Source: Phycisphaerae bacterium
Lineage (GTDB): Bacteria; Planctomycetota; Phycisphaerae; UBA1845
Length of the DNA: 64,000 bases
Assembly (NCBI GenBank): GCA_963666835.2
Contig: CAXXGO010000001.1
Coordinates: forward strand, 256,001 to 320,000
Direction: 5' to 3'
This document shows, one piece after another, positions 43,541 through 54,005 of this stretch; position 1 is the first letter of the stretch; each line of letters opens with the position of its first letter. Made by a program: the position numbers and the translations under genes. The notes below the pieces were generated by a model that was not told where the DNA came from, did not search any database, and saw only the letters and a program-made list of their open reading frames with translations.

Positions 43541-43730
43541 CATGGCAGGTCTCGTACCTCGACCGTGCCCTATGAGCTAACGACACGATCTGTCACAATG
43601 CGCGCATTGCGCAAGGATCATGGCAGGTCTCGTACCTCGACCGTGCCCTACGAGCTAACGACACGATCTGTCACAATGCGCGCATTACACAACGACGATA
43701 ACAGGGCTCGTGCCTCGACCATGCCCTACG
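43541..43730 (-). repeat. Three tandem GTAG REP copies, ~78-bp period
   Basis: Copies at 43544, 43622 and ~43702 with near-identical spacers. Confidence 0.85.
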
Positions 43731-43746
43731 GAGCTCCTTTTTCGCG

Positions 43747-44820
43747 TTACGCCGAAAGGGCGGGCCGTTGCAGGCGGACCTCGGTCGGCTTCGCCCCCGG
43801 CAGTTGGGCGGCGGCGGGGCTGCGGGCCAGCGACTCGCACACTTTGCGCCCGATCCCCGTAAGACAGTAACGGAGTGAGTTGCCGAGCCGTACGGCCAGG
43901 TTCCTGGCGCGGAATTTGGCGAGGTCATACCGGAACTGGGCGACCCGGTAGGCTATCTGCGTAGGCCCGAGAAGACCGGCGACTATTGGGGCGACTTCGC
44001 AGGTGCGGAACGTCTCCGGCGCTTGCAGAAGAGCAATGGCTACCGCCGGCAGCCGGGAGTCTCTCATGCGGAACCCGGGGACCCGGCGACCGCGCGTAAA
44101 GGCCGGTCGACTCATCATGCTCCGCAGGTGCTCCTCGGTTGAGACGCAGGCTGACCGAGGCAGGCGGAGGGTGGGCCGGCTGTCGTCTGATGTGACACTA
44201 TTGCGGCATACCGGAGCCGACGGTGATTGCCTGGCGGCTCCGTGAATCTCTGCGACAGGCTTGGTTTGCTGGGACAGCAGTTGAGCAGTAGCATTTGGTG
44301 CCGAAGAGATGTCAGTATCCGGCACGGCGTGCTTCCGCTCCTCCGCGGCGGCACTGAAGGACTCATCCGGCAGGAGCTTATCAGGGTCCAGGATTACATA
44401 GGATACGTCGCCACGGAAGAGAACTCCGGAAACGGCCGGTCTGACCATGCCGGCACCGAGCCGGCTCGCCGGAACCATCTGAGATCGATCAAGTTGCGAA
44501 GCGCGGTGCACGGAGTCGACCACCAAGGCAATCGGCTCCGGAGTATCCAAAACCACCACGCAGGTCTGCGAGGTGTAGGGGACTTCGGGCAGGCCGAGCC
44601 GCAGACGCAAGTCGACGACGGTGTTCAGCTTGCCGTTGACCTTCGTAACCCCTTTGACGTAATCGACGGTACCCGGAACGCGCCAGACTTTCTCGAGAGC
44701 AGCTACGTGCCGGACCTTACCGGCCTCGATGGCGAACAGCTCGCCTCCAATCGGACAGATCAGGTAGACGCAAACCGCGGGCGGTTTATCCGGAACTTCG
44801 CTCTTGACGTCGGTGTTCAT
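43747..44820 (-). CDS. CheW-domain protein fused to a C-terminal winged-helix-like domain
   Basis: ELFAIEAGKVRHV, VPGTVDYVKGVTKVNGKLNTVVDLRLRLG and LVVDSV, then a linker and YRVAQFRYDLAKFRARNLAVRLGNSLRYCLTGIG. Confidence 0.7.
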   Translation of the reverse strand: MNTDVKSEVPDKPPAVCVYLICPIGGELFAIEAGKVRHVAALEKVWRVPGTVDYVKGVTKVNGKLNTVVDLRLRLGLPEVPYTSQTCVVVLDTPEPIALVVDSVHRASQLDRSQMVPASRLGAGMVRPAVSGVLFRGDVSYVILDPDKLLPDESFSAAAEERKHAVPDTDISSAPNATAQLLSQQTKPVAEIHGAARQSPSAPVCRNSVTSDDSRPTLRLPRSACVSTEEHLRSMMSRPAFTRGRRVPGFRMRDSRLPAVAIALLQAPETFRTCEVAPIVAGLLGPTQIAYRVAQFRYDLAKFRARNLAVRLGNSLRYCLTGIGRKVCESLARSPAAAQLPGAKPTEVRLQRPALSA

Positions 44821-44984
44821 GGACGTGATCTCCTCGGGGGCGGGCTCACGCTTGGTCCCGCCAATTCGATCAACCAACCATGTTACTATCGGAACGGTGC
44901 GATATGCTCGGTTAGTTATCAGAGCACTGGGAATAAGCCCGCGGTGCGAGGGAAACCCCCCGTGTGGAGATCGCGGGCAACCGG

Positions 44985-45554
44985 CTACTCCGTGGGGTCC
45001 GCCAGGCCCAGCTCCGCGGCTATCGACTGCAAAGCCGTGATGCAGTGCCCGATGTGCTCGGCGAGCGGAGTCTCGATCAGTTCCGCCCCGTCGCGGATGT
45101 CCTCACGAGAGACGGCCGCGGCGAACGCCTTCTGTTTCATCTTCTTGATGATGCTCTTGGGCTGGAGCCCATTGAGTCGTTCGGGGCGGACCAAAGCGGC
45201 CGCGTAGATCAGCCCGCACAGCTCGTCCGAGGCGAAAAGATACTTGCGGATGGGGCGGTCGCGGGGGCATTCGTCGAGATTCCACGGCACGTGGGAGAGC
45301 ATGGCCTCGACGACCTCTTCATCGAACCCGGCTTCGCGGAGGATCTTGGCTCCTTCGCGGGTGTGGGCGGGTGGATCGGGCCAGCGTTCATAGTCAAAAT
45401 CGTGGAGCAGGCCGGCCAACCCCCACTGTTCCTCGTCCGCCCCGGTGAGACGGGCGCATTCGCGCATGGCGGCTTCCACGCACAAGGCATGGCGGATCAA
45501 GGCCTGGTTCTTGGTGTATTCGTTGAGGATCTCCCAGGCTTTGTCGCGATTCAT
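44985..45554 (-). CDS. HDIG/HD-domain metal-dependent hydrolase
   Basis: LIRHALCVEA, GLLHDFDYE, SDELCG and KKMKQKAFAA. Confidence 0.88.
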   Translation of the reverse strand: MNRDKAWEILNEYTKNQALIRHALCVEAAMRECARLTGADEEQWGLAGLLHDFDYERWPDPPAHTREGAKILREAGFDEEVVEAMLSHVPWNLDECPRDRPIRKYLFASDELCGLIYAAALVRPERLNGLQPKSIIKKMKQKAFAAAVSREDIRDGAELIETPLAEHIGHCITALQSIAAELGLADPTE

Positions 45555-45797
45555 GTTGATCTCCGCTCTCTTTTTTGCGGCTCACCCGTCTTTGGATCCA
45601 GGGTGCAGATATCAGGCCGGCGGCTTTCCTTGATACTGTGGGGCGGAATCAGCTCGGAGCCGGCCCCCTTTTCTCACGAATCTGCGACCCCGCCCGTGCC
45701 GTCGCGGCGATACGAACTTTTCCTTTTGACCTCGGCGGATGGTCCGGTATTATCGTAGCCTTACCGAAGCCGCTGTCTACTGAACCGATCAGGGTCT

Positions 45798-46877
45798 ATG
45801 CCGCTCCCACAGAAGCACCAACCAGCAACGTTCGATCCCGCCGAGCTAGCGGTGGTGTTGAGCTACTACGATCTGGGCGTGATCGAGTCGATCACGCGGT
45901 TCGCCCGGGGTTCCAGTCGGAGTCCAAAGGTTGGGATAGTCAGTGAGCGCGGGAAGTTCCTTCTCAAACGCCGCGCCGCCGAGCGGGCCCATCCGGGGCG
46001 GGTCCGGTTCTCGCATTGGGTGCAAACTCATCTGGCCGCGGCTGGTTTTCCGTTGGCACGCCTGATCCCCACCCGGCGGGAATCGGAGACGCTGGTGCAG
46101 CTCAAGGAGCACATCTACGAGCTGTTTGCCTTCGTGGCCGGCGAGCCCTATCAGCGGTCGGCGGAAGAGGCGTTGGACGGAGGTGAGGTGCTCGCCAAGT
46201 TCCACAACGCGGCCGAGGGGTTCGTCGTGCCCGAGCGGATGGAAGTTCCGCACGGCGGTTATCACGATGCTTCCGGGGTGCGGACCGGGCTGTGCAGCAT
46301 CGGTTCAATGCTCAGCTCTCATGAGAGCCTGGCGGGTAACGAGGGCGAGCTGACGGATCTGCTGCAGTTCCTTCTCCACGGTTATAACCGGGCGGCGGAC
46401 GCTGCCAACCGTCTCGGTCTATCCGCTCAGCCGGATCGGATCGTGCACATGGACTGGCACCCCGGCAATTTGCTGTTTCGCAAACAGCGCGTTGTCGCGG
46501 TGATAGACTACGACTCGGTGCGGCAGTCGCGGACTGCCTTGGACACGGCCAACGGGGCGCTGCAGTTTTCGATCCTGGCCGGCGGCGATCCGGCCGCCTG
46601 GCCCGACGAGCTGGACGAAGAGCGGTTCTACGCCTTTCTTGACGGTTACGAGTCGGTTCACCCGCTATCTGAAGAAGAGCGGCTTTGCCTTCCGCACCTG
46701 ATGATCGAGAGCCTGATCAGCGAGTGCGTTCCGCCGATCGCCCGCACGGGCACGGTAGGTCGCTGGGCCGGGTTCCGCATCTTGCAGATGGTGCGTCGGA
46801 AAGTCACCTGGCTGGATGCCAACGCCGAACGGCTTATCTCGGCCGGCCGCACGCGCGCGATCACGGAAGATCAATAG
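45798..46877 (+). CDS. Phosphotransferase (APH / type II homoserine kinase-like)
   Basis: FLLKRR, IVHMDWHPGNLLF and VIDYD. Confidence 0.85.
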   Translation: MPLPQKHQPATFDPAELAVVLSYYDLGVIESITRFARGSSRSPKVGIVSERGKFLLKRRAAERAHPGRVRFSHWVQTHLAAAGFPLARLIPTRRESETLVQLKEHIYELFAFVAGEPYQRSAEEALDGGEVLAKFHNAAEGFVVPERMEVPHGGYHDASGVRTGLCSIGSMLSSHESLAGNEGELTDLLQFLLHGYNRAADAANRLGLSAQPDRIVHMDWHPGNLLFRKQRVVAVIDYDSVRQSRTALDTANGALQFSILAGGDPAAWPDELDEERFYAFLDGYESVHPLSEEERLCLPHLMIESLISECVPPIARTGTVGRWAGFRILQMVRRKVTWLDANAERLISAGRTRAITEDQ

Positions 46878-46964
46878 CAAGCCGCTGAAGCCGCAATCAT
46901 GCTCGCGGACCCTGAATCCCGGGAGTCCCCACTTCTGAAGAGGGCCACCCGTCCGGACCGATCC

Positions 46965-47325
46965 GTAGGGCACGGTCGAGGCACGAGACCTGCCGCAAAA
47001 GCGCGCATCGCGCGAAGACGTCACCGTCGTCTAGCTCGCGAAACCAGCCCGATAGGGCGACAGGTCTTCTTAGCCCCAAGGCGTAAGCCTGGGGGATTAA
47101 TCGTCCGTTTCGCGTCAAGCCCCCTCGGGGGCGGCAGAGACCATCGAGGTTTGGATCGGACACCGGTGATTCAACATTATACGGGAAGCACGTTGGCGAC
47201 CACCGGAACCTCTTGGAGCATCGAAGTTCCGCCCCTGGCGGGGCTGGGGCCGACTTGCGACGCGATCCCGCGGCTGACGCCGCGGGCTAAACATAGCTGT
47301 CGCCCCAACGGGCTGGTCCCGCGAG
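46965..47325. repeat. REP mosaic related to the 4582-5160 mosaic
   Basis: GTAG REP at 46965 plus AGCCC...GGGCGACA and CCCGCGGCTGACGCCGCGGG hairpins. Confidence 0.75.
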
Positions 47326-47384
47326 CCACCTAGGTGGCACATATTCGTGCAACTCGAACCATGGACGGGTGGCCCATGGCTTTA

Positions 47385-47655
47385 GGGCCTGTCGATTTAA
47401 TTGGCATGGTTCTTGATGGCAGGTGTTCGTGGCCGAGCGTCAGGAAGAGAGGCGTCGCAGGGAGGCAACGAGCATGAGCAGATGGAACCGAGCCCCGCTG
47501 CCCAGAGACCAAATACTCCTGATTCCCGAGACGTTGGGAGACCGCATCCCCGAGAATCACTCGGTGCGGCTCTTGATGGAAATCCTCGATGGACTGGATT
47601 GGGCAAGCTGGGAACAACATTACGTTCTGGTGGTGGGGCAGCCGCCGATTCGAAG
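47385..47655 (+). mobile_element. IS1182-like left end and truncated transposase N-terminus (ATG 47474)
   Basis: RDQILLIPETLGDRIPENHSVRLLMEILDGLDW...GQPP, preceded by an IR-like end. Confidence 0.7.
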
Positions 47656-48350
47656 CCGCGTTGGCTGAGCGATCGACTTTGACGTAGGCCCGCGGCGCAC
47701 AAGGCCGCCTCATGGACCATTTGAAGCGCCAAACGGGGTTCCACTCGCTCAGTGGGTTGACCGCTCCAACCACAAAGCAGATCCCACGTACCCAAACGCA
47801 GATGCTCAGGGATCAGCAGCCACAGGCCAACCAGGTTGCCGGAGACCTTGTCGGCCAGGAGCTGCCGCACACCCCGCTGTAGATCGATCGGATCGCAGGA
47901 CTCGACGCGGACGCGCTTGAGGGTCCGTTGCGTTTGAATCTTCTGCTTATCTCTTTTTGGACGACATCGGTGAAGTTTTTTTTTGAAGGCCGAACTCTTC
48001 GATGACACGTTGCACGCTCCGTATGCTGATGGTCCAGCCACTCTGCGTGAGCTTCTGGGCAATGACTTCGGCGGAGGCTTGAGGGTCGAGGAAGCGGTGC
48101 CGGATGACTTGGCGAACGACTTCGGCTGTGCGACGGTATTGGGTTTTCGGTCCGCGTTTGCGGCTTTGCAGTGCGCTGCTACCGGATTCGCGGAACGCGG
48201 CGCGCAACTGAAAGTAGCGTTGCTTGCTGAAGCCGAACTTCTGTGCAGCCTTGGTGGGGCCGAGGCCTTCGCATTCGCCTTCCAGCAACATGCAGAGTTT
48301 ACGTGTCATCTCATCGTCGTCTCGTACGGGGAACCCACTCCGCAACCGAA
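47650..48350 (-). mobile_element. Truncated two-ORF IS-like element (HTH ORF plus putative transposase) joined at an A9 run
   Basis: AAQKFGFSKQRYFQL...RKRGPK HTH. The overlapping second frame (LWLLIPEHLRLG...) is broken at the junction with the IS1182 fragment. Confidence 0.6.
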
Positions 48351-48478
48351 AGGGCGGATCTGGAAACCCTCCACCTAAAAGCGCGCGCGCCCGAGTTCTA
48401 TCCCGACCCCGTCCGATTCTCAAGTCTCAATCCGCGATGATAGCCAAGTTAACCGCCGGGTTGCCGGCCAACAAGCTA

Positions 48479-50314
48479 TCAGTCCATCGGCTCGAGCCCG
48501 TTGTTTGTGAGCACTACCGTTTCGCCGATCGCGGGGAGTGGGAAAGGGGCATAGGTATCTCCATCCCAATACAACCAGCGCAGAGAGGGGTCCTCCAGGG
48601 GCGCAGCGAAGTGGAAGGTGGCTTCGGCGGGGCGATTGTCGGCGGTCAAACCGGTTATCTCGATAACCACGTCCGTCAGGTGCACGCGTTGCCCCAGCGA
48701 CATGGGATAGTCCAACGACCGAGCCAGTTGATCCCACGGGGATTTCAGAAAACCGCCGGTCGGACGAATCGTCAATGTGTGCGCGTCCGGCCGCTGGACC
48801 AATACCGGAGCCTGATGCGGAGCCAGGATCCGAGTGTGGGCCGGGACCGGCAGACCATCGAGCGCATTGCGAATCGGCAGGTACCCCGCCCCCATAACCA
48901 GCGGAGCGGTCACCACCACCAGGGATTGCTCCTCGACCTCCACGTCCAACGGCACGTGGATACTGATGCTCTCCAGCCAGCTCCTCGGGCCGGCCGGCAT
49001 AGCGGACCGCATCGCCAGCCCTATCGGCGCCAACCCGCCGTGTACGACCACAAAGAACGCCGCCAGCGCCCGCGCGCCGAATCGGCGCCGCGGACGAGCC
49101 CCGTCGGCTTCCAATGCTCCGTGCCCAGCGTACACGTCCGCCAGCCACTGCGCCAGCAGCGCAAACGCTCCGAGCCCGACGAACAGCGTCATCCGATCCG
49201 CCGGGAACGTAGCGCAGATCGGGAGCAGTGACAGTATCATGCCACTCCCCCAGAACCCGGTCTGCCGGTTTCGCCGTAACATCGGGATTACCACCGCCGC
49301 CATTGCTCCGACCAGCCCGAGCGCAACGAACGAAAGAACCAACGCCGCGCCGAACTCCGCGGCCACGACGTAGGTCTCCGACGGAGGCAAGGCCCACTGC
49401 CCCAACAACAACACCGGCACCTGCTTCGCCGCAGATGCCAGATACTTCAACGGCTCCCGGAGCGGGTCGACATACAACCCGATCCCCATTACGCCATACC
49501 CGAGATGACTCCAGACCATCCGCCAGCCGGTCACCACTGCAGCATACGGCAGCAGCGCCGCCACGCGCCTCCGCCCGCGAGCTCGATCCAGGAACAAGGC
49601 ATGGGCCACGAGATAGGCCAGCGCCCCCACCCCGGCTTCGGCGGAGAGCAGGCTCGCCAGAAGCAGCCCCGGACCGAGAACCGCCCCGCTCTTCCATCCA
49701 TCTCGCCGCCAGCGGTCGTGGGCCAGGATCGCCAGCATCCCGAAAACACCTGCGATAAGCGCGTTGCGGTTGGCCAGGAACCCGACCGGCATCCCCCGGG
49801 CATCGTCAATGGCATAGAACAAAGCCGCCAACCCGGCGATCCAGGTCGCTCCCATGATCCGCCGAAAGAGCATCGTCGCCACAACGATCAGCAGCGCAAA
49901 CCACGCGATGCTCTGAGCGTGCATCCACGCGGGGCTTTCTGGCCAGAAGCGGTAATCCACCCAGTGCGTCAGCGCCGTAATCGGCCGCCAGAACGCCGCC
50001 CGCAGATCCTGAAGCGACCACCAGGGCCAGAACCCCTTGTCGATCAGTCGGTGGTTCTGCTCCGGATCGCCGCTGGCGAAAGTGAACAGGTCCAACGAGG
50101 GAGTTGCCGAGGCGGCAAGCGCCGGTGAACCGACCAGCTTGAGACGGTGGAAATGATCGTCTGCGACCCATCCGCCCCACAACGAGGGCAGGGCGAGAAG
50201 CACGCCCACCGTGGCCAGCATCAGCGGCAGACGCCGGTGCGTCAGATAGCGGAGCAGCCTGGAGGACTCTCCGGTTCGATCGGTTCGTTCCCCCCGGCTC
50301 TCGCGTGATGCCAT
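48479..50314 (-). CDS. Integral membrane protein, GT-C/PMT-like N-terminus
   Basis: WVADDHFH, FWRPITAL and LLSAEAG motifs; about ten TMs plus a soluble C-terminal domain. Confidence 0.65.
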   Translation of the reverse strand: MASRESRGERTDRTGESSRLLRYLTHRRLPLMLATVGVLLALPSLWGGWVADDHFHRLKLVGSPALAASATPSLDLFTFASGDPEQNHRLIDKGFWPWWSLQDLRAAFWRPITALTHWVDYRFWPESPAWMHAQSIAWFALLIVVATMLFRRIMGATWIAGLAALFYAIDDARGMPVGFLANRNALIAGVFGMLAILAHDRWRRDGWKSGAVLGPGLLLASLLSAEAGVGALAYLVAHALFLDRARGRRRVAALLPYAAVVTGWRMVWSHLGYGVMGIGLYVDPLREPLKYLASAAKQVPVLLLGQWALPPSETYVVAAEFGAALVLSFVALGLVGAMAAVVIPMLRRNRQTGFWGSGMILSLLPICATFPADRMTLFVGLGAFALLAQWLADVYAGHGALEADGARPRRRFGARALAAFFVVVHGGLAPIGLAMRSAMPAGPRSWLESISIHVPLDVEVEEQSLVVVTAPLVMGAGYLPIRNALDGLPVPAHTRILAPHQAPVLVQRPDAHTLTIRPTGGFLKSPWDQLARSLDYPMSLGQRVHLTDVVIEITGLTADNRPAEATFHFAAPLEDPSLRWLYWDGDTYAPFPLPAIGETVVLTNNGLEPMD

Positions 50315-50540
50315 TCACCATCCCCTGCAGGTAACGTCTTGTCGGATCCCCGCATCAGTAAGACGGGACGCGAGTCCGGATGTTATACCCCAGACGCACC
50401 GAAAGGTGCGTATCATCGCAATCTGCCGGCGACTCGGTGGACGGCCGGCCTCGCCCTCGCTACCGTGGTGCCTGACTGAGTTCATTCGCAATCTTATGGC
50501 CGAGCCCGCCCGTTCGCGGTGTTTTGAAAGAGGTGCTTTC

Positions 50541-52043
50541 GTGTCAGATGCCTACACCAAGTTGATGGAGAGAGTCCGGGACCTCGGGCGTTTCAGATCG
50601 ATCGAGTTCCTACTCGAGTGGGACCAAGAGACCTACATGCCGGCTAACGGGATGACGACTCGCGCCGAGGCCGCAGCTCTCGTTAGTGGTCTGGCTCACG
50701 AGCGGCTGGTCGCCGATGAGACCCGCGACCTGTTGGCGAAGGCGGAGGACACCGCGGACCGTGGGGACTTCGTCATCGATACCAACCTCCGGGAGACGCG
50801 GCGTACGTTCGACCGGGCTGCGAAACTCCCCACGGACCTGGTTAAGGAGATAGCCCACACCAGCGCTCTGGCCAAGACCGCCTGGGCGAAGGCTCGAGCG
50901 CAATCCGACTTTCCGGAGTTTGCCCCGCTTCTGGAGAAGCTCATTCAGCTCAAGAAGCGGGTTGCCGAGCACATCGGCTACGACACCGAGCCGCTGGATG
51001 TCTTGATTGACGAATCCGACCCGGGGGAGAAGGCCGCCGAGATCGAGACGCTGTTCGCCCGGCTTCGGGAGGCCATCGTTCCGCTGTTAAGGAAAGTCAT
51101 GGAGTCCCCACATCAACCGGACGGTTCGATCCTGACCCGCCGGTTCCCGTTGGACCAGCAGAAACAGCTCTCCCGGCAGGTGGCCGAGGCACTTCACTTC
51201 GATTTCGAGTCCGGGCGGTCCGATGTTTCGGTCCACCCGTTCACCACTACGATCGGCGACAGCGGGGACGTTCGGATCACTACAAGATACTCGGAGAACA
51301 ACATCGCCGAGGCCTTGTTCGGCACGATCCACGAGGTCGGGCACGGGCTCTACGAACAAGGGCTGCCTCGGGAGCACCGGCTCACCCCCTCGGCGGAGTA
51401 CATCTCCCTGGGGATGCATGAGTCGCAATCTCGTCTCTGGGAGAACCAAATCGGGCACAGCCGCCCGTTTTGGGACTACTATTGGGATCCGGTCCGCCGG
51501 TTGTTCCCCGAGGCGCTTTCCGATGTGTCGCAGGATGAGTTCTATGCCGCGATCAACCGGGTAACTCCTTCACTCAACCGCGTAAGTGCCGACGAGCTGA
51601 CATACAACCTGCACATCATCCTGCGGTTCGAGATCGAAAGGGCGCTGTTCACCGACAAACTGAGCGTGAATGACCTCCCCGACGTGTGGAACGAGAAGAT
51701 GAAGCAGCTTCTCGGCGTGACCCCGCCGAACGACCGCGAAGGATGCCTGCAGGACATCCACTGGTCGATGGGCATCTTCGGGTACTTCCAATCATACGCG
51801 TTGGGGAACTTGTACGCCGCGCAGTTGCTGGAACAGGTGCGCAAAGACCTTCCCGACCTCGACGCCCGCATTGCCGCCAACGATCACCGGCCGCTCCTGG
51901 ATTGGCTGCGGAAGCACATCCACCGCCACGGCCGGCGCTATCGCGCAAACGAGCTGATCGAGCGCATCACCGGTAAGCCCGTGACAATCGAACCGTTCAT
52001 GGAATACGTAACCGCGAAGTTCTCACAGATCTACCGGCTGTAG
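50541..52043 (+). CDS. Carboxypeptidase, family M32
   Basis: WDQETYMP, HPF, HEVGHGLYEQ, HESQS, GCLQDIHWS and GYFQSYALG. Confidence 0.95.
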   Translation: MSDAYTKLMERVRDLGRFRSIEFLLEWDQETYMPANGMTTRAEAAALVSGLAHERLVADETRDLLAKAEDTADRGDFVIDTNLRETRRTFDRAAKLPTDLVKEIAHTSALAKTAWAKARAQSDFPEFAPLLEKLIQLKKRVAEHIGYDTEPLDVLIDESDPGEKAAEIETLFARLREAIVPLLRKVMESPHQPDGSILTRRFPLDQQKQLSRQVAEALHFDFESGRSDVSVHPFTTTIGDSGDVRITTRYSENNIAEALFGTIHEVGHGLYEQGLPREHRLTPSAEYISLGMHESQSRLWENQIGHSRPFWDYYWDPVRRLFPEALSDVSQDEFYAAINRVTPSLNRVSADELTYNLHIILRFEIERALFTDKLSVNDLPDVWNEKMKQLLGVTPPNDREGCLQDIHWSMGIFGYFQSYALGNLYAAQLLEQVRKDLPDLDARIAANDHRPLLDWLRKHIHRHGRRYRANELIERITGKPVTIEPFMEYVTAKFSQIYRL

Positions 52044-52059
52044 GGAGAGTGCCCCGACT

Positions 52060-52406
52060 GGGTGGGGGACGGATTGGGATCGTAAGGAGACTCGCATTCC
52101 CAAGACCAAGTAGGGCACGGTCGAGGCACGAGACCTGCCACGAAGGCGCGCGTCGCCCAGCAGTTACGGCAGGTCTCGTGCCTCGACGCTGCCCCACAGG
52201 ATGCTCAGGCGGGCTCCGCAAGCCGAACGCTGTTGTGCAACCCACTTCGGGGTTGGTGCGGAAAGGGGCTTTGTGACCCAGGGTGGCACTAAAGCGGCTA
52301 CGCCGCTTCGTTTACCCTGGGCTTTGTTGTTCAACGCCTTCGGCGTAAGTTCGAAAGGCGCACATCGTGCGAAGACCACGGCAGGTCTCGTGCCTCGACC
52401 GTGCCC
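52060..52406. repeat. ~345-bp REP mosaic, direct-repeat copy 1 (copy 2 at ~55237-55585)
   Basis: Near-identical sequence at an offset of ~3177. Confidence 0.9.
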
Positions 52407-52764
52407 AACAACCGCCGATGCTGCCCCGTGTCCTTGTACGAGGCGGAAGTTACGTCGGAACCCTGGATTTGTGCCCCTGACGGCAAAATCCCGGGGGCGT
52501 GGGTGTATGTCTCGACCAGATTCCCCAATATAGGACGAAAAATCCTTGCATTGGGGTATTTACCCGTGTTAAATTGAAGCTTGCTGTGGTTGCTTGGGGC
52601 TTTGTTGCCCGCGGAACATTGCAGCTTGGCCGCGGGTGAGCTTGAGCCTCGGTGGCTGCAGAAAGCTACGGCACAGTCCCGCGCGATCGCCGCCGGGGGA
52701 TCCGGGCAAATTGGTCGGCCAAGCAGGTCGCGCCGCGCCGGCGCAGAAACGAAGGAGGGCAGTC

Positions 52765-53832
52765 ATGCGAATCTCAACGTCTGCAGAACGTGGGTTGGTC
52801 GTACTGGCCATGGTGGTTTGTTTGGTTGCTAGCGCTTCTGACGCGGAGGCGTGGGAACTGCGCTGGCAACCGGTCAGCGCATCGGGCTTCCACACGATGG
52901 TCGATCATTCCGGCGATCTGGGGACGCCATCAGTAATCGGATTGCCTGAAGGCGGGGTGACGGTGGAGTTGGAGCTACGCGTAAGGTGGGATGATGAACC
53001 GGGAGCTCCCACACTCGTTGACTACCAGGGTACCATAGACTCGACGAGCTACTCGACCGGTGCTGGCGATCCGGTTGTCCCGCTCGGCTGGCCTGGCAGC
53101 CCCGAGGACGGCTGCTACATCGACACGGACCGCCCGGACTTTGTGTATTTCGGCGAGGCGCCGTTGACGACCGTGGACACCAGCACCCTGGACTATATAT
53201 GGGGCTCTTCGTGCATGGGGTCGCCGCCCGAAGACGACGGAACTGACCGTTACGCCGGAACCCTCATCGTCGAGATCCCCGCCGGTGCGGCGGGTGACTA
53301 TGAGATTGCTCTCGTGCACGACTATGCAAGGACTTTCGCGAATACGGGTGGCGAACTCTTGCCGGCGTGGATTACGTCGGCCGTCATCTCCATCGGCGAC
53401 TGTCAAGCCAACGGCATTGCCGACGTGGACGACATTGCCGGCGGGACGAGCGTGGACTGTAACGGCGATTCGATCCCCGATGAGTGCCAGCCGGAGCTTG
53501 ATGGTGACGGCGACGGCGTGCTGGATGCGTGCGACCCCTGCCCACTGGATAACCCCGACGACACGGACGGTGACGGGGCGTGCGATTCCGACGACGTCTG
53601 CCCCGGCTTGGACGATTTCGCCGATGCGGACGGCGACACCGTGCCCGATTGTCTCGACCAATGTCCGGGGGACGACGACAGTATCGATTTCGACAATGAC
53701 GGTACCCCCGATTGCCTCCAGGCCATCCCGACGACTTCGCAATGGGGCCTGGTGGTTCTGGCTCTGCTGCTCCTGGCGGCCGGGAAGGTCTGCTTCGGGA
53801 CCCGCCGCCAACGCGCGGTCGACGCTGGTTAG
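52765..53832 (+). CDS. Secreted TSP3-repeat protein with IPTL-CTERM (paralogue 1)
   Basis: AAGGAGG RBS, signal peptide, DxDGDGxxDxCDxCP repeats and AIPTTSQWGLVVLALLLLAAGK...RR. Confidence 0.85.
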   Translation: MRISTSAERGLVVLAMVVCLVASASDAEAWELRWQPVSASGFHTMVDHSGDLGTPSVIGLPEGGVTVELELRVRWDDEPGAPTLVDYQGTIDSTSYSTGAGDPVVPLGWPGSPEDGCYIDTDRPDFVYFGEAPLTTVDTSTLDYIWGSSCMGSPPEDDGTDRYAGTLIVEIPAGAAGDYEIALVHDYARTFANTGGELLPAWITSAVISIGDCQANGIADVDDIAGGTSVDCNGDSIPDECQPELDGDGDGVLDACDPCPLDNPDDTDGDGACDSDDVCPGLDDFADADGDTVPDCLDQCPGDDDSIDFDNDGTPDCLQAIPTTSQWGLVVLALLLLAAGKVCFGTRRQRAVDAG

Positions 53833-54005
53833 GCAACATAGGGTGAGCCCCGGCTACTTGGCTTGGGTCTTCGGATGTGCCACTGCTCTTCAGCAGGGCA
53901 GGAACGGAACACGGGGTGGATTGGACCCGAGTCTTCAAGCAGGGTCACGCACTGGTCCGCCACGCAGGTCGCGACAAGCGGGCGAAGAAACGAAGGAGGG
54001 CAGTC

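Noticed and set aside
43541..43730. CRISPR-like 30-bp repeats here and at 55556-55992
   Set aside because: Spacers are identical or irregular, the unit is the dispersed REP, and no cas genes are present.
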